Source of the DNA: an uncultured Candidatus Saccharibacteria bacterium
GTDB lineage: Bacteria > Patescibacteriota > Minisyncoccia > Phycocordibacterales > UBA918
Assembly (NCBI GenBank): GCA_964402035.1
Contig: CAYOAM010000001.1
Span: forward strand, 371,558 to 435,557
Direction: 5' to 3'
DNA length: 64,000 bases
Part shown: positions 10,350-19,903 of the stretch, one piece after another
How the letters are laid out: each line of letters starts with the position of its first letter
Numbering within the stretch: the stretch's first letter is position 1
The notes under the pieces: generated by a model
Seen by the model: only the letters and a program-made list of their open reading frames with translations
Database searches by the model: none
What the model was told of the DNA's origin: nothing
Translations under genes and position numbers: made by a program

Positions 10350-10634
10350 GTGGAGGCTGGCATGTCTACTACGAAACGCAATACAAAAAAGAGCACTCGG
10401 AAAAAACCTCGCAAGCGTCGTCAATCCAAAATGTACATAACTGCAGGACAAGTATTCGATATACTTCATGCTCCGAAGAGTCCAATCAGACAAATGATGG
10501 ACTTCCATGCCGCAGGCGGAACGCACCAGGAACCTGGCAAACCATACGATAGTGATGCTTTGCGGAAGATCAGTAAAGAATCAATTGGAATGCACGTTCG
10601 CAGTGCAGGTAGAACCGCACTCAAGATGAAGTAA
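10350..10634 (+). CDS. hypothetical small basic protein
   Basis: 94-aa ORF with a Lys/Arg-rich N-terminus (TKRNTKKSTRKKPRKRRQSK). A terminator-like hairpin follows at ~10648-10685. Confidence 0.3.
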   Translation: MEAGMSTTKRNTKKSTRKKPRKRRQSKMYITAGQVFDILHAPKSPIRQMMDFHAAGGTHQEPGKPYDSDALRKISKESIGMHVRSAGRTALKMK

Positions 10635-10772
10635 TCGTACACGGTGCGCATAGCCCTCGCCACGACTGGCTAGGGCTTTTTCATATAGAAATGACACAGA
10701 CTGTTTATTATTCATTTTTTATGGTACAAACATCGGCAGACTACGGAGATTCAGCAACCAAGGAGACACAGC

Positions 10773-11090
10773 GTGGGCTTTAGTGATACACGGATTGGAA
10801 ATCGTCCGATCGGAAGCATCGGAAACGGCTGCCTACACAACAAGCATGCTGGCGTGAGGAGGGGCAAAACCGAAGCTGAGCTGAAAACCGCAGCAATTGC
10901 ATTGGCGGCAGAAACGCAAAGACGTGAACAACTGCTTGCACATTTGACCATCCGCAAAATGGTCAGGTACAAAGATGGTGACAGTCCGCTCGGTGTTATA
11001 GTGGGGTTCACCGACCATGGTACTGTTAACGTGCGATCAGGCAGAAAAATTGCATCCTATTGCCCCTCTGTGCTGATCATGATGACCTAA
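10773..11090 (+). CDS. hypothetical protein
   Basis: 105-aa ORF. Followed by the hairpin gctctc-tacg-agagcg plus a T-run (~11096-11127), which could also terminate the convergent ABC operon. Confidence 0.3.
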   Translation: MGFSDTRIGNRPIGSIGNGCLHNKHAGVRRGKTEAELKTAAIALAAETQRREQLLAHLTIRKMVRYKDGDSPLGVIVGFTDHGTVNVRSGRKIASYCPSVLIMMT

Positions 11091-11118
11091 GGCGAGTGCT
11101 CTCTACGAGAGCGCTTTT

Positions 11119-11883
11119 TTAATTTTTGGATGGATTTTTACTATCAAAATGTGATAGGACTTGATCTTCGAGTGCAAAAAACGCAGCAGAGCGTGCATCA
11201 CGTGGTCTTGTGAGCTCATTTTGTATCACCGCTTTAATAGAGCTTGGACGATCAGAGAATACCGCAATTCGATCCGCCAAGAGCACCGCTTCATCAATAT
11301 AGTGACTCACCATGACCACGGTCGTCTTATGCTCTTCCCACAGCGTCAATAGCACTTTCCGTAAGTTTTCTGCGGTAAAAAAATCGAGTTCAGAGAATGG
11401 TTCGTCCAGAAATATGACGTCGGGCTTTATCACAAATGCACGGGCAAGCCCGACCCGTTGCTTCATACCTCCTGAGAGCTCATGTGGAAATCTATCCTTA
11501 AAAGCAATAAGGTCAAAAACTTCGAGTATATGTTTGACCTCAGCATGACGCTGGTGCTCTGGCATACTCTTCCCTATTAAATTAAGTTCTACATTTTGAA
11601 ATATTGTCAGCCATGGAAGCACACCAAAGTTTTGAAAGACAAAACTACTATTTTCTAGCCTAAAGCGTTCACTATACTCTATATGCCCGCTCGTCGCATG
11701 ATCAAGACCAGCCATGATACGAAGCAGTGTAGACTTCCCACATCCAGACGGCCCTAGCAATATGAGAAATTCACCTTGCTCGACCGCAAGGTCAATGTCT
11801 TTAAAGACTTCCACGCGCCTATTCCCTTCCTTTTTAGGAAATATTTTTGCAAGCTTCTTAATGGTAATGATGGGTGTGCGCAT
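11119..11883 (-). CDS. ABC transporter ATP-binding protein (NitT/TauT nitrate/sulfonate/bicarbonate-type)
   Basis: Walker A LLGPSGCGKSTLL, ABC signature LSGGMKQRVGLARA, Walker B VIFLDEPFSELD. Confidence 0.85.
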   Translation of the reverse strand: MRTPIITIKKLAKIFPKKEGNRRVEVFKDIDLAVEQGEFLILLGPSGCGKSTLLRIMAGLDHATSGHIEYSERFRLENSSFVFQNFGVLPWLTIFQNVELNLIGKSMPEHQRHAEVKHILEVFDLIAFKDRFPHELSGGMKQRVGLARAFVIKPDVIFLDEPFSELDFFTAENLRKVLLTLWEEHKTTVVMVSHYIDEAVLLADRIAVFSDRPSSIKAVIQNELTRPRDARSAAFFALEDQVLSHFDSKNPSKN

Positions 11884-11884
11884 A

Positions 11885-12607
11885 TTATTGTTCGAGCATA
11901 CGATGGCTCTTCTCCAAAAGCGGCAACCAAATAAATTTATTCAATGCATAAATGATGGAAAGAAAAATCAAAATGCCAAATAATGTCTTTACCGAGTCAT
12001 TTGAAAATATCGTGAAAAATGGCCCGAGACCTGTTTTGGTATGCAACAGCAACTCAGTTGCAATGAGCGCCTCCCACCCCTCGCCCAAACCAATGATCGC
12101 ACCGGTCACAATACCAGGCGCAGTAACCGGTAGCAAAAAGTAGCGTATGTAATCAATTCCTCGAATACGACTCATACGTACCGCTTCAAGCCAACTGCGA
12201 TCCACTTGCTTTAATGCGCTCACTATGGAAAAGATAATGGGCCAAATAATCGTGATCGTGAGAAAGAAAATAATGGTGGTCTCAGTTTGTCCAAAATAAT
12301 GCACAGCGATCGGTAAAATCACAAAAGTTGGTAGACTTTGTAAGACATCAAAAAGTGCGAGTACCGGACTTTCCGTCTTGCCTCGTATGAGAAGTACAAC
12401 CAGAAACCACGCCAAAACAGTGGCAAGTACAAAAGCCGCAAAAAGTCTCCACATAGAAATCGAGAGATCCCGCATAGCAGTACCAAACGAAATGTCGCTC
12501 ACTTGTGAAAAAACAAACAGTGACACGAGCGGCAACACGAGGATGCCAAAAGCAATGAGCACGTGCCTACGAGAGCGATTGAGCGAGAAGTGGTGATACG
12601 CACGCAT
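11885..12607 (-). CDS. ABC transporter permease (NitT/TauT family)
   Basis: 240 aa, multi-TM. Abuts the ATPase gene with a 1-nt gap. EAA-like loop region. Confidence 0.8.
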   Translation of the reverse strand: MRAYHHFSLNRSRRHVLIAFGILVLPLVSLFVFSQVSDISFGTAMRDLSISMWRLFAAFVLATVLAWFLVVLLIRGKTESPVLALFDVLQSLPTFVILPIAVHYFGQTETTIIFFLTITIIWPIIFSIVSALKQVDRSWLEAVRMSRIRGIDYIRYFLLPVTAPGIVTGAIIGLGEGWEALIATELLLHTKTGLGPFFTIFSNDSVKTLFGILIFLSIIYALNKFIWLPLLEKSHRMLEQ

Positions 12608-12735
12608 TGCATAATGCTACCATATACCTGGAGCCGCTTTTGGTATATCTGAGATGTGAGTATACTCGTTGCGGTATGTACGAGCCTGAGCCAGGAGCAA
12701 TGGCACAAAACCAGTTTACGACTGCTTTCTTGGCG

Positions 12736-14103
12736 CTATTTTTTTATCGAAGCTTTTTTTAGCGGAATGATCATCGGAGTTTTTCCCGTCTTTGGATTTG
12801 GTGCGATACTTTCGACAAACGAAAGCTGCACATCGACATCAGTTTTCCTGAGACATTTTTCTGCAAGAAGAAGTCCAATAAGTGTCTGTATTTCTTCAGT
12901 GATTCGCTCCCTATCACCCTCTACAACCATCCGCAGTACGACTGTCCGCACCCCTGTCTGTTCAATTTGATACTGTTTTAATCCAGGGAAAAATAGACCC
13001 ACAAGATCCATGGGATGAATTTCAACCACTCGCTTATCTTTAAGTGTAAGAGTAATTCGGTCGAGTTTCCTTCCAGTCACCTGACTGATGCGTGTAAATG
13101 AAAAAGCATCATCCTCGCCCTCAATCGTCAGTTCATCGTCAAGTGTATAGCGAATCAGAGGGAAAATATCATTGCCAAAAATAGTGATGACCACCCGCCC
13201 CAATACACCAGAAGGGACAACGGCCCCGTGGTCATCAATAGCCTCAAGTTTTAAAATATCATCAAATACATCGAGCGTGCCAGAGCTATGGAGACTTGCC
13301 GCCATCGCGAGGCATTCAGTTGCGCCGTAGTAGTCGACAGGACGTCTACCGAAAGCAAGTTTGATCCGCTCTTCGCGATCTGCTGTTAGAGGTTCGCCTG
13401 AGGTGATGATCATCTTGGGCGCAAGATCAAGTAGTTTTTGTATTTGCGCTTCAGCAACGACGACAAGCCCACTCGCATACCCCACAAGCACTGTTGGCTT
13501 AAATGCAGTGAGTTTTTTTACTAACTCCTCTTGTGGCAGCGCAACATCGACACTCAAGGTCTTTAGAAATGGCACATCGTTGACGAGGCTAAAGCCTGCA
13601 TGATGTCCCGATGCTTCACCGATAAAAGCGATACGCACGCGTCCTAAAAGGAAATCACTGATCGGGAGTGGCAGCAAACGTGAAGCAACGGTCCCTGAAA
13701 GCCGTGCCCAAAACTTCAAAGAGAACAAGAAGATACCAACAAACCCAGATGAGCCCGATGTATTGATCGCAATATATTTGTTTTGAAAAAGCTCCTTTCC
13801 GGTTGGATCTTGTCGTATAAAATCTTCAATGGCCCCCTTCTCTATCCCCGGGACCGTGATCACGTCCTCAAAATGTGTCATGAGGTCATGTTTATTGACC
13901 GTCGGAAATTTTGAAAGTGGCGTTCGCAGGAGTGTTGCACGTGTAATCCCAGCCTTCGCCCAAAGCTCGCGATAAAATTTTGAATGCGTATGCGCATGGA
14001 GTAACGTCGCATGCAGCCGTCGCTCTTGCAGTGACAATACTTTCTTGCGTGGAAACGAAAAAATCCGTCGTGCATTAAAATAACTTATGATTCCAAAGAA
14101 CAT
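12736..14103 (-). CDS. adenylate-forming enzyme, phenylacetate-CoA ligase (PaaK/CapK/F390-synthetase) family
   Basis: 455 aa. P-loop-like AINTSGSSGFVG matches the PaaK (S/T)SG(S/T)TG motif. The C-terminal domain architecture fits the family. Confidence 0.6.
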   Translation of the reverse strand: MFFGIISYFNARRIFSFPRKKVLSLQERRLHATLLHAHTHSKFYRELWAKAGITRATLLRTPLSKFPTVNKHDLMTHFEDVITVPGIEKGAIEDFIRQDPTGKELFQNKYIAINTSGSSGFVGIFLFSLKFWARLSGTVASRLLPLPISDFLLGRVRIAFIGEASGHHAGFSLVNDVPFLKTLSVDVALPQEELVKKLTAFKPTVLVGYASGLVVVAEAQIQKLLDLAPKMIITSGEPLTADREERIKLAFGRRPVDYYGATECLAMAASLHSSGTLDVFDDILKLEAIDDHGAVVPSGVLGRVVITIFGNDIFPLIRYTLDDELTIEGEDDAFSFTRISQVTGRKLDRITLTLKDKRVVEIHPMDLVGLFFPGLKQYQIEQTGVRTVVLRMVVEGDRERITEEIQTLIGLLLAEKCLRKTDVDVQLSFVESIAPNPKTGKTPMIIPLKKASIKK

Positions 14104-14110
14104 ACCTGAA

Positions 14111-14794
14111 CTAAGTCTCTAAATATTCCTTTAAACGCTCTTCTCCCAACGGGTGATCACCTTTGGGTATTCTAAAACTCTCCCTTAACTCTCTCCAATG
14201 GTTTTTATTTAGTATCCAATTAATGCAAAATACAATAAGCAAGCCAATGAGTCCACCCAACATAGCTAGGGCCATATCTTTTTGGGCATCCCATATATCT
14301 CCCTGACTCCCTAAAAATGCCAACCCGACCGCAGGATCAACACTGCGAGCAGCGGCCCATTCTATGATTTCATACAGAGCTGAAGATGCTCCTACAAGAT
14401 CGAGTGGGAAGTAGTACGACCAAAACCCCTTGACACGCGATATACGTATGAAGACTTCTCGCATAGGATATACCAGAAGCAGACCAAAGCTAAAATGTAC
14501 CAATCGGTCATACATATTTCGGTCAGAACCAAACCAGTCTTGCAGCGTAAAGCCAAAAGGCACACTCGAATACGTGTAATGAGATCCAATAACGTGCAGT
14601 ACCATAAAGAGCGTAATCAGCGTATACGAAATATTTGAAAGCCGAAAATACCGCCCCAGCACAAGTAGGAATGGTACAAAACCAAAAACTAAGTAATTCT
14701 CCAACAGCCAATCGTGCGGATACAACGGGTTAATCGCTGCCCAAATCCACGCAACGACAAAAATAATAAGGAGAGATATCTTGTACATGCTCAC
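14111..14794 (-). CDS. membrane protein, YjdF/DUF2238-like
   Basis: 227 aa, multi-TM. The segments HVIGSHYTYSSVPF and NMYDRLVHFSFG resemble the DUF2238 family. Confidence 0.45.
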   Translation of the reverse strand: MSMYKISLLIIFVVAWIWAAINPLYPHDWLLENYLVFGFVPFLLVLGRYFRLSNISYTLITLFMVLHVIGSHYTYSSVPFGFTLQDWFGSDRNMYDRLVHFSFGLLLVYPMREVFIRISRVKGFWSYYFPLDLVGASSALYEIIEWAAARSVDPAVGLAFLGSQGDIWDAQKDMALAMLGGLIGLLIVFCINWILNKNHWRELRESFRIPKGDHPLGEERLKEYLET

Positions 14795-14978
14795 CCATAA
14801 AGCATATCAGGACACGGAGACTGAATTGTGTGTTGTACACAAATGCTGCTGCGTTTTATAAAATAAACCGGGCAGCCCACCACCTCTGTCTCCTTTTGTT
14901 TTTGAGCTAAATTTGGTATAACAGACGAGCAGATTTACTGCCTGCTTTAAAGTAAGTGAAGTGGTAAATCTAACCGGT

Positions 14979-15167
14979 CTCCCCTTCACAGGGGCAGTAC
15001 ACCTTCAGGATTTTTTGTCTCCCTTCGGTCACAAAAAACCTCTGAAGGTCCCAAAACAGTCCCCCGGACTTTTTCTCCCTACGGGAGCAGTACACCTTGC
15101 TGCTACTTTTGTTGCTTCGCACAAAAGATACCTATCAAGGTCCCAAAACAGTCCCCCGGACTTTTTT
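14979..15167 (+). repeat. tandem direct repeat of two ~95-nt units, each ending in a terminator-like hairpin plus T-run, immediately upstream of tRNA-Glu
   Basis: The units share ...c(c/t)cc(t)-hairpin-gcagtacacctt...aaggtcccaaaacagtcccccggacttttt. The 3' hairpin agtcc-ccc-ggact is followed by TTTTT. Confidence 0.6.
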
Positions 15168-15239
15168 GGCCCTATCGTCTAACGGTTAGGACGGAGCCTT
15201 CTCAAGGCTCAAATCAGGGTTCGATTCCCTGTAGGGTCA
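15168..15239 (+). tRNA. tRNA-Glu (anticodon CUC)
   Basis: Cloverleaf fits. Acceptor GGCCCTA/TAGGGTC, D-arm GTCT..GGAC, anticodon stem GAGCC/GGCTC with loop TTCTCAA, T-arm CAGGG-TTCGATT-CCCTG, discriminator A. CCA is not encoded. Confidence 0.8.
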
Positions 15240-15261
15240 TGGTTTAAGTTTACTTCACAAA

Positions 15262-15290
15262 AGAGCACTATTTCAGTGCTCTTTTGTGTT
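15262..15290 (+). terminator. rho-independent terminator after tRNA-Glu
   Basis: Hairpin aaagagcact-atttc-agtgctctttt followed by a T-rich tail. Confidence 0.55.
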
Positions 15291-15729
15291 TAGTAAACTC
15301 ACCATGACCCTAAGCAGGCAACCTATGTTGCCTGCGTCGGGGAATCGAAGCGGCGCAGTATATCGCAAAGCGATACGAGCCGCCGTCCAGAAGTCTTAGT
15401 ATTTTAAATATTTTAGTATTTAAAATACTAAGAACTTCGGGGACGATCCAGAACCGGCAAGAGTCCTTACGGGACCCGTTTAGGTTGTATGATATTTTTT
15501 TCAAAAATAATCGACAACCTCTTGAGAAGCTACATGTATTCGCTTCTCAACCCTGTAGGGTCACCATTGACAGCTAGCACTAATAGGTTTGTAATGAATG
15601 CATTTAGAGCTAGCTGTAGAAGCATACGAAATCCCCTAAATTGATTAGGGGATTTCGTATGCTTCAAGATAAATCACTTTTGCAAGAGTTTTTCGGTCCG
15701 CGCCATACTGAATCAGTTATACTTGGATA

Positions 15730-16359
15730 ATGTTTGAACGAAACTCTTTAAGTGACAAGATATTATTTTTAAAATTTGGACTTTTAAATCTCATCTTATT
15801 TTTACTAGTCTATGTTCCAACTAATAATTTACCCCATGAAACATACTTTCAACCATATTTTCTCTGGGAACTTCAGACACAACGAATAGACTGGATGATA
15901 ATTCCATACCATAGTTTCAACTTACTCTTTCTCATCCCTTTGTTTCTCCTCAGAGGCAGACATATCAAAATACTTGGAGTATCATTTTTTTTAACCACTG
16001 TAATCGCGGGGCTCTTCTTTATAATATTTCCCACCCAACTTGGTTTTGTGAGAATAGTTCCTGAAGGTTTCTTCACCTTTTTTTACGAGCATCTATACAA
16101 GTTGGATAATACGACAAATCTTGTTCCTTCATTGCATGTTACGTATGTAACACTTTATTTTATATCTTGTGTACCATTCTTGAAGAGAAAGCTTTCTAAA
16201 ATGTTATTCACTCTATTTACTCTGACAATTATAAGTTCAACATTCTTTACACATCAGCATCATATAGTTGATATAGTATCTGGGATCCTCTTAGCTTCTT
16301 CTGTCTACTGGTTTGTCAGCTATAAATTATTTCAGGAAAATTCTCAACATCTGCAATAA
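15730..16359 (+). CDS. PAP2-superfamily membrane phosphatase-like protein
   Basis: 209 aa, multi-TM. PSLH (resembling the PSGH motif) and HQHHIVDIVSG (matching the SRxxxxxHxxxD third motif) suggest an acid phosphatase/PAP2 fold. Confidence 0.45.
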   Translation: MFERNSLSDKILFLKFGLLNLILFLLVYVPTNNLPHETYFQPYFLWELQTQRIDWMIIPYHSFNLLFLIPLFLLRGRHIKILGVSFFLTTVIAGLFFIIFPTQLGFVRIVPEGFFTFFYEHLYKLDNTTNLVPSLHVTYVTLYFISCVPFLKRKLSKMLFTLFTLTIISSTFFTHQHHIVDIVSGILLASSVYWFVSYKLFQENSQHLQ

Positions 16360-17251
16360 CAGCAGGGGCCTTTTCGAAATTTGGTCGCATACCCCACCAG
16401 AGACTCAACCATCGTTTGAAATATGAATATTGTGGGACTGTATGATATTTAGGGTTAGACAACTCTGTCCAAGGAAGAAATGGGAACTTATGGTGTGCAT
16501 GATCCCACTGTCCATTCAAGAGTACTGCACCATGTATCTTACTTACAGAAAGATCTGAAGCTCCTTCAACTACATTTCTTGGTGTCCATGCATGAGTAAC
16601 ATATTGACGCGTTGCCCAATTAATACCAAAGCAAGCGTAAACAATCAAAACACTTTGCCACTGTAAGGAAAGAATATTCCACATTACGATCCATAGGGTG
16701 ATAGTAAAAATAATCTCAAGCCGTACTTTTGTAATAACCTTTCCTTTAAATTCGTTAAATAAGATACTTGAGAATGGCGATTGTCTAAAAGGTTTAGTCT
16801 TAAAGAACCAAGGTGCTATTGCCATCAGTAGATTTCCGAGTGGTACTAATGGGTAATATATGCCGGTGAGTATCCCGTACCATTGAATGTTTTTTGTAAT
16901 CTTATTATCATTGGGATAATAGTAATCGAAGAGTTCATGATCCGTCCTATTTCCCCGATGATGCATTCGATGAGCAATCTCGAACATGGTGAAGGATTTT
17001 GGAAATAAGCTGTGACAAAGTACTCCGAGGATATAATTCATCTTTTTCGATTTATGGAGTACGTGATGTACCGATTCGTGCATAAGTGCATAATTCGTAA
17101 GTAGCACAAACGAAAATAATATTCCTATCGGAATCGACCAAATAAGCTCAAGACGCGAACCTAACCAAAGCAAGCCAAATGCTCCAATTTGAATCAGAAC
17201 AACGAGTAGTAGGTTGAGTCTACTAGGTAATTTAATCGTTGTAATTTTCAT
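16316..17251 (-). CDS. membrane fatty-acid desaturase/hydroxylase superfamily protein (three His boxes)
   Basis: His boxes HESVHH, HRMHH and HAHH with multi-TM spacing typical of di-iron desaturases/hydroxylases. OlsE-type lipid hydroxylases share this fold. Confidence 0.8.
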   Translation of the reverse strand: MKITTIKLPSRLNLLLVVLIQIGAFGLLWLGSRLELIWSIPIGILFSFVLLTNYALMHESVHHVLHKSKKMNYILGVLCHSLFPKSFTMFEIAHRMHHRGNRTDHELFDYYYPNDNKITKNIQWYGILTGIYYPLVPLGNLLMAIAPWFFKTKPFRQSPFSSILFNEFKGKVITKVRLEIIFTITLWIVMWNILSLQWQSVLIVYACFGINWATRQYVTHAWTPRNVVEGASDLSVSKIHGAVLLNGQWDHAHHKFPFLPWTELSNPKYHTVPQYSYFKRWLSLWWGMRPNFEKAPAVIADVENFPEIIYS

Positions 17252-17259
17252 TTGTGACT

Positions 17260-17931
17260 CTACGATTTACTTCTGCGGAAAAATCTAAATGCAATGAAAC
17301 CAAGAATGAGACCAAGTGCCACTCCACCTAAAGCAAAATACTTATTCCATGACTGAGCACTTGTGAGAAGCGGGTTATCGAACAGATTGCTTGTAAATTG
17401 TAAGGAGACAACTTTCCATGAACCATTCTCCTTAACTAGTGTAGTAGACCACTTTGATGTGACTTCCATTTCCATACCGGCTACAAAAGTATAGTGATCA
17501 ACTGCAGTTCCATATGCTATTGCCGTATCGCCGTAAAACTCAGTCAATTTGTCGGCAGTCACTTTTGTCTTTATACTCTTAAGGACGCCACCATTTTCAT
17601 TAAAAATCCTTTCTTGAAATGCTTTGACTTCAGCAACTCCATCAGCAACTTCTGCATTTTGGTAAATAATGTTCACATTTGGATCAAGGTACTTGATCAT
17701 GTCATCAAACCTACCCTCATTAATTGCCTTTTCCGCATCAATCAACATTGTTCTGAGAGCATTATGATCTGCGGTGCGGTCAGAAGTATCAACAGCAGAG
17801 GTGCTCGTTTGAGCAAATGTGGTGAGGCTAAAACTACCTGCTAAAATTAACCCTACCAGAAAAAAGAGTCCTTGTTTCATAAATTTAATTTGTATTATTA
17901 ATATAATGGCACATCTTATATATGATCCCAC
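17260..17931 (-). CDS. secreted/membrane-anchored hypothetical protein (NTF2/SnoaL-like fold suspected)
   Basis: A signal peptide starting at the internal Met (MKQGLFFLVGLILAGSFSLTTFA) and a C-terminal TM anchor. No catalytic motif recognised. Confidence 0.4.
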   Translation of the reverse strand: MGSYIRCAIILIIQIKFMKQGLFFLVGLILAGSFSLTTFAQTSTSAVDTSDRTADHNALRTMLIDAEKAINEGRFDDMIKYLDPNVNIIYQNAEVADGVAEVKAFQERIFNENGGVLKSIKTKVTADKLTEFYGDTAIAYGTAVDHYTFVAGMEMEVTSKWSTTLVKENGSWKVVSLQFTSNLFDNPLLTSAQSWNKYFALGGVALGLILGFIAFRFFRRSKS

Positions 17932-18820
17932 TCATATCACTTGTTCTGAGGAAATGGTCAACTCCCCACACGGGATACACCTCACCAGAGATGTGTATCA
18001 AATCCTTGAGAAGAATTATACCATCATTCGGACCTGATGGAGCAAGTGTTTTATATCTTTTTACAAGAAATGGTTCTACATGTGAAAGTAGTGGGAACCC
18101 AACGATATGAACTACTTTAATATGTGAATCTAGAAGCATTTCTTTTTGCAAAGACTTGTTCCTGCACGCAATTTGATCTGTGACAGCATAATCAATCCTC
18201 AAGACTTTCAGCGTTAAGTACCAAATTATTTTCGTCAAAAAAGTACGAAGTTTTTTATCTGCGTGGGGTGTTCCGTTGATTAGACCACCAATACTGATCC
18301 ATCCTTTAATATTTTTTGCAAGATTTTTACCTCGTAATTCTTCAAGCGCTAAACGAACTTCTGTAGAACCTTTACTTAAAGAGACAAGCCAAACATTGTT
18401 ATGCTGGTTATCACGGAGTTTACTTAAGATGATTTCTTTATTATCTAAAACTGACCCTCGACTAAGCACTTCAACAGTCTCTGTTTCGAATCCAAATTTC
18501 TCTGCAATATTTCTGACCAATAATCCGTCCCCGCCAATATCACCATGTTCTTTATAGAACATGCCCGGTATTATAATTATTTTCGTCGGTTGATTAGGTG
18601 CTGATAGTGACGTGGAGAAATTATTAATAGTGGCAATAAAGTTCTTGTGTTTCATGAGTAAATACTTATACAGCATTGCTGTCGCCTGATCAGTACCATG
18701 CGCAGAAGTCACTTCGTCTACTTTTTCAAGTATCAGGTCACTAGTAAAAACAACTGATGTCTTTTTAAACAGTTCAATTTCATCTATAAGCGGTGAATTA
18801 CGGACAATCCCTCTTTTCAT
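17885..18820 (-). CDS. hypothetical protein, possible alpha/beta-hydrolase-like
   Basis: 311-aa ORF. A weak nucleophile-elbow-like segment LVSLSKGS. No confident family assignment. Confidence 0.35.
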   Translation of the reverse strand: MKRGIVRNSPLIDEIELFKKTSVVFTSDLILEKVDEVTSAHGTDQATAMLYKYLLMKHKNFIATINNFSTSLSAPNQPTKIIIIPGMFYKEHGDIGGDGLLVRNIAEKFGFETETVEVLSRGSVLDNKEIILSKLRDNQHNNVWLVSLSKGSTEVRLALEELRGKNLAKNIKGWISIGGLINGTPHADKKLRTFLTKIIWYLTLKVLRIDYAVTDQIACRNKSLQKEMLLDSHIKVVHIVGFPLLSHVEPFLVKRYKTLAPSGPNDGIILLKDLIHISGEVYPVWGVDHFLRTSDMSGIIYKMCHYINNTN

Positions 18821-18822
18821 AA

Positions 18823-19782
18823 TTATTTATTCATTGGGTATCGAGGCAACTTGTCCCAATAATTCCAAAAATCAACTGCAGAAGCATCTTCTATCGTAAG
18901 AATGCCCTTTTTCGGTTTCATATTCTTTTGTATAGGAAAATCGGGTTTAAGAAAAGAGAAACTCATGAATCTCAAAAATGATAATCTTGGTTTCTCAATT
19001 ATTCGCAGAAATGAGGTTCGGGATTCTTTAGGAAGAGCGACAACAAAATAAAGTGTTGTCGTTTTATTTCCTTCGTTTGGGAGGAGTGCAAGAAAAGCAC
19101 AGTGCCCTGTAATCTTGTTATGAACCATAATAAGATTACCACCGTAATAATCCAATTGAATATTTGACTTAAGTAAACCAAGAAATTTTATTATGTAGTC
19201 ATACCACCTTCTAACAATAAGACCAATTTCAAGGCTAATGCCAATATGAAATATATTCTGACTAAACACAGTATGACTAAACACAGTACGATTATGGACA
19301 TTATAAAAATGCCATGTATCAAAACCATTAAGGCTAACTGCCAGATACGGGTTTTGCAACTGATGCACCAACGGCATTGAATATGCCGGATTTGCTATTT
19401 CAGTAAATTGCGGAATTTCGAAAAGAGGTTTTTCTCCCCAAAATATGAACACGAGACCATACCTTTCCTCCACAAAAAGTCTGCCTGTTACAACTTGTGA
19501 GGGCTTAAGATTTGAGGGTGGCATTTTTGTGCATTCTCCATCTGCATTAAACTGCCATTCATGAAGTGGGCAAGCAATGCAATTGTCCTTAACCGTCCCA
19601 TTTGCAAGGTCGGTTCCCATGTGAGGACAAAACCTGCTCACCATACCGAGTTTTCCATCACCACCTCTAAATAGAAGCCAATCTGTTCCGTTAAACAAGA
19701 TCGGCTTAAGCTGTTTTCTCTTGATTTCACGTGATAAACAGATTGGGTACCATGATTGAGGTAAGGAGAATTGTTCTGCCAT
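18823..19782 (-). CDS. Rieske [2Fe-2S] domain non-heme iron oxygenase-like protein
   Basis: Rieske motifs CPHMG...(17 aa)...CPLHEW at the N-terminus. ~320 aa matches the oxygenase alpha-subunit-like (PaO/KshA-like) architecture. Confidence 0.75.
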   Translation of the reverse strand: MAEQFSLPQSWYPICLSREIKRKQLKPILFNGTDWLLFRGGDGKLGMVSRFCPHMGTDLANGTVKDNCIACPLHEWQFNADGECTKMPPSNLKPSQVVTGRLFVEERYGLVFIFWGEKPLFEIPQFTEIANPAYSMPLVHQLQNPYLAVSLNGFDTWHFYNVHNRTVFSHTVFSQNIFHIGISLEIGLIVRRWYDYIIKFLGLLKSNIQLDYYGGNLIMVHNKITGHCAFLALLPNEGNKTTTLYFVVALPKESRTSFLRIIEKPRLSFLRFMSFSFLKPDFPIQKNMKPKKGILTIEDASAVDFWNYWDKLPRYPMNK

Positions 19783-19903
19783 ATTTTTTAATTATCTAAC
19801 AATTATTCTGTTTTGACAATACAGCACAATACGGTACTATTCGATGCGGATTGCCCTTGTTCATTGAAATAATTCACCAACCTCAACCTCTGGAGATTCT
19901 GAT

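Noticed and set aside
14979-15167. CRISPR array
   Set aside because: Only two repeat units, ~95 nt each, with no intervening unique spacers of uniform length and no cas genes nearby. Each unit ends in a hairpin plus T-run, which fits tandem terminator-like elements.
15310-15504. 64-aa minus-strand ORF in the region downstream of tRNA-Glu
   Set aside because: The interval is dominated by perfect hairpins (caggcaac-ctat-gttgcctg, tatcgc-aaa-gcgata, cttagtatttt...aaaatactaag) and by copies of the tRNA 3' end. That is far more consistent with noncoding structured DNA/RNA than with a protein.
15290-15570. Possible tmRNA, SRP RNA or RNase P RNA in the hairpin-rich interval after tRNA-Glu
   Set aside because: None of the family signatures is visible: no tmRNA GGGG 5' start pairing with a tRNA-Ala-like 3' end, no T-loop-like TTCGAAT hairpin before the encoded CCA, no SRP domain IV GGAA/AGCAG motifs, and no RNase P GGAAAGUCCGG / AGGGUGAAA P4 strands. 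The apparent acceptor pairing is a trivial consequence of an inverted copy of the tRNA 3' end. Kept only as an unassigned structured region.
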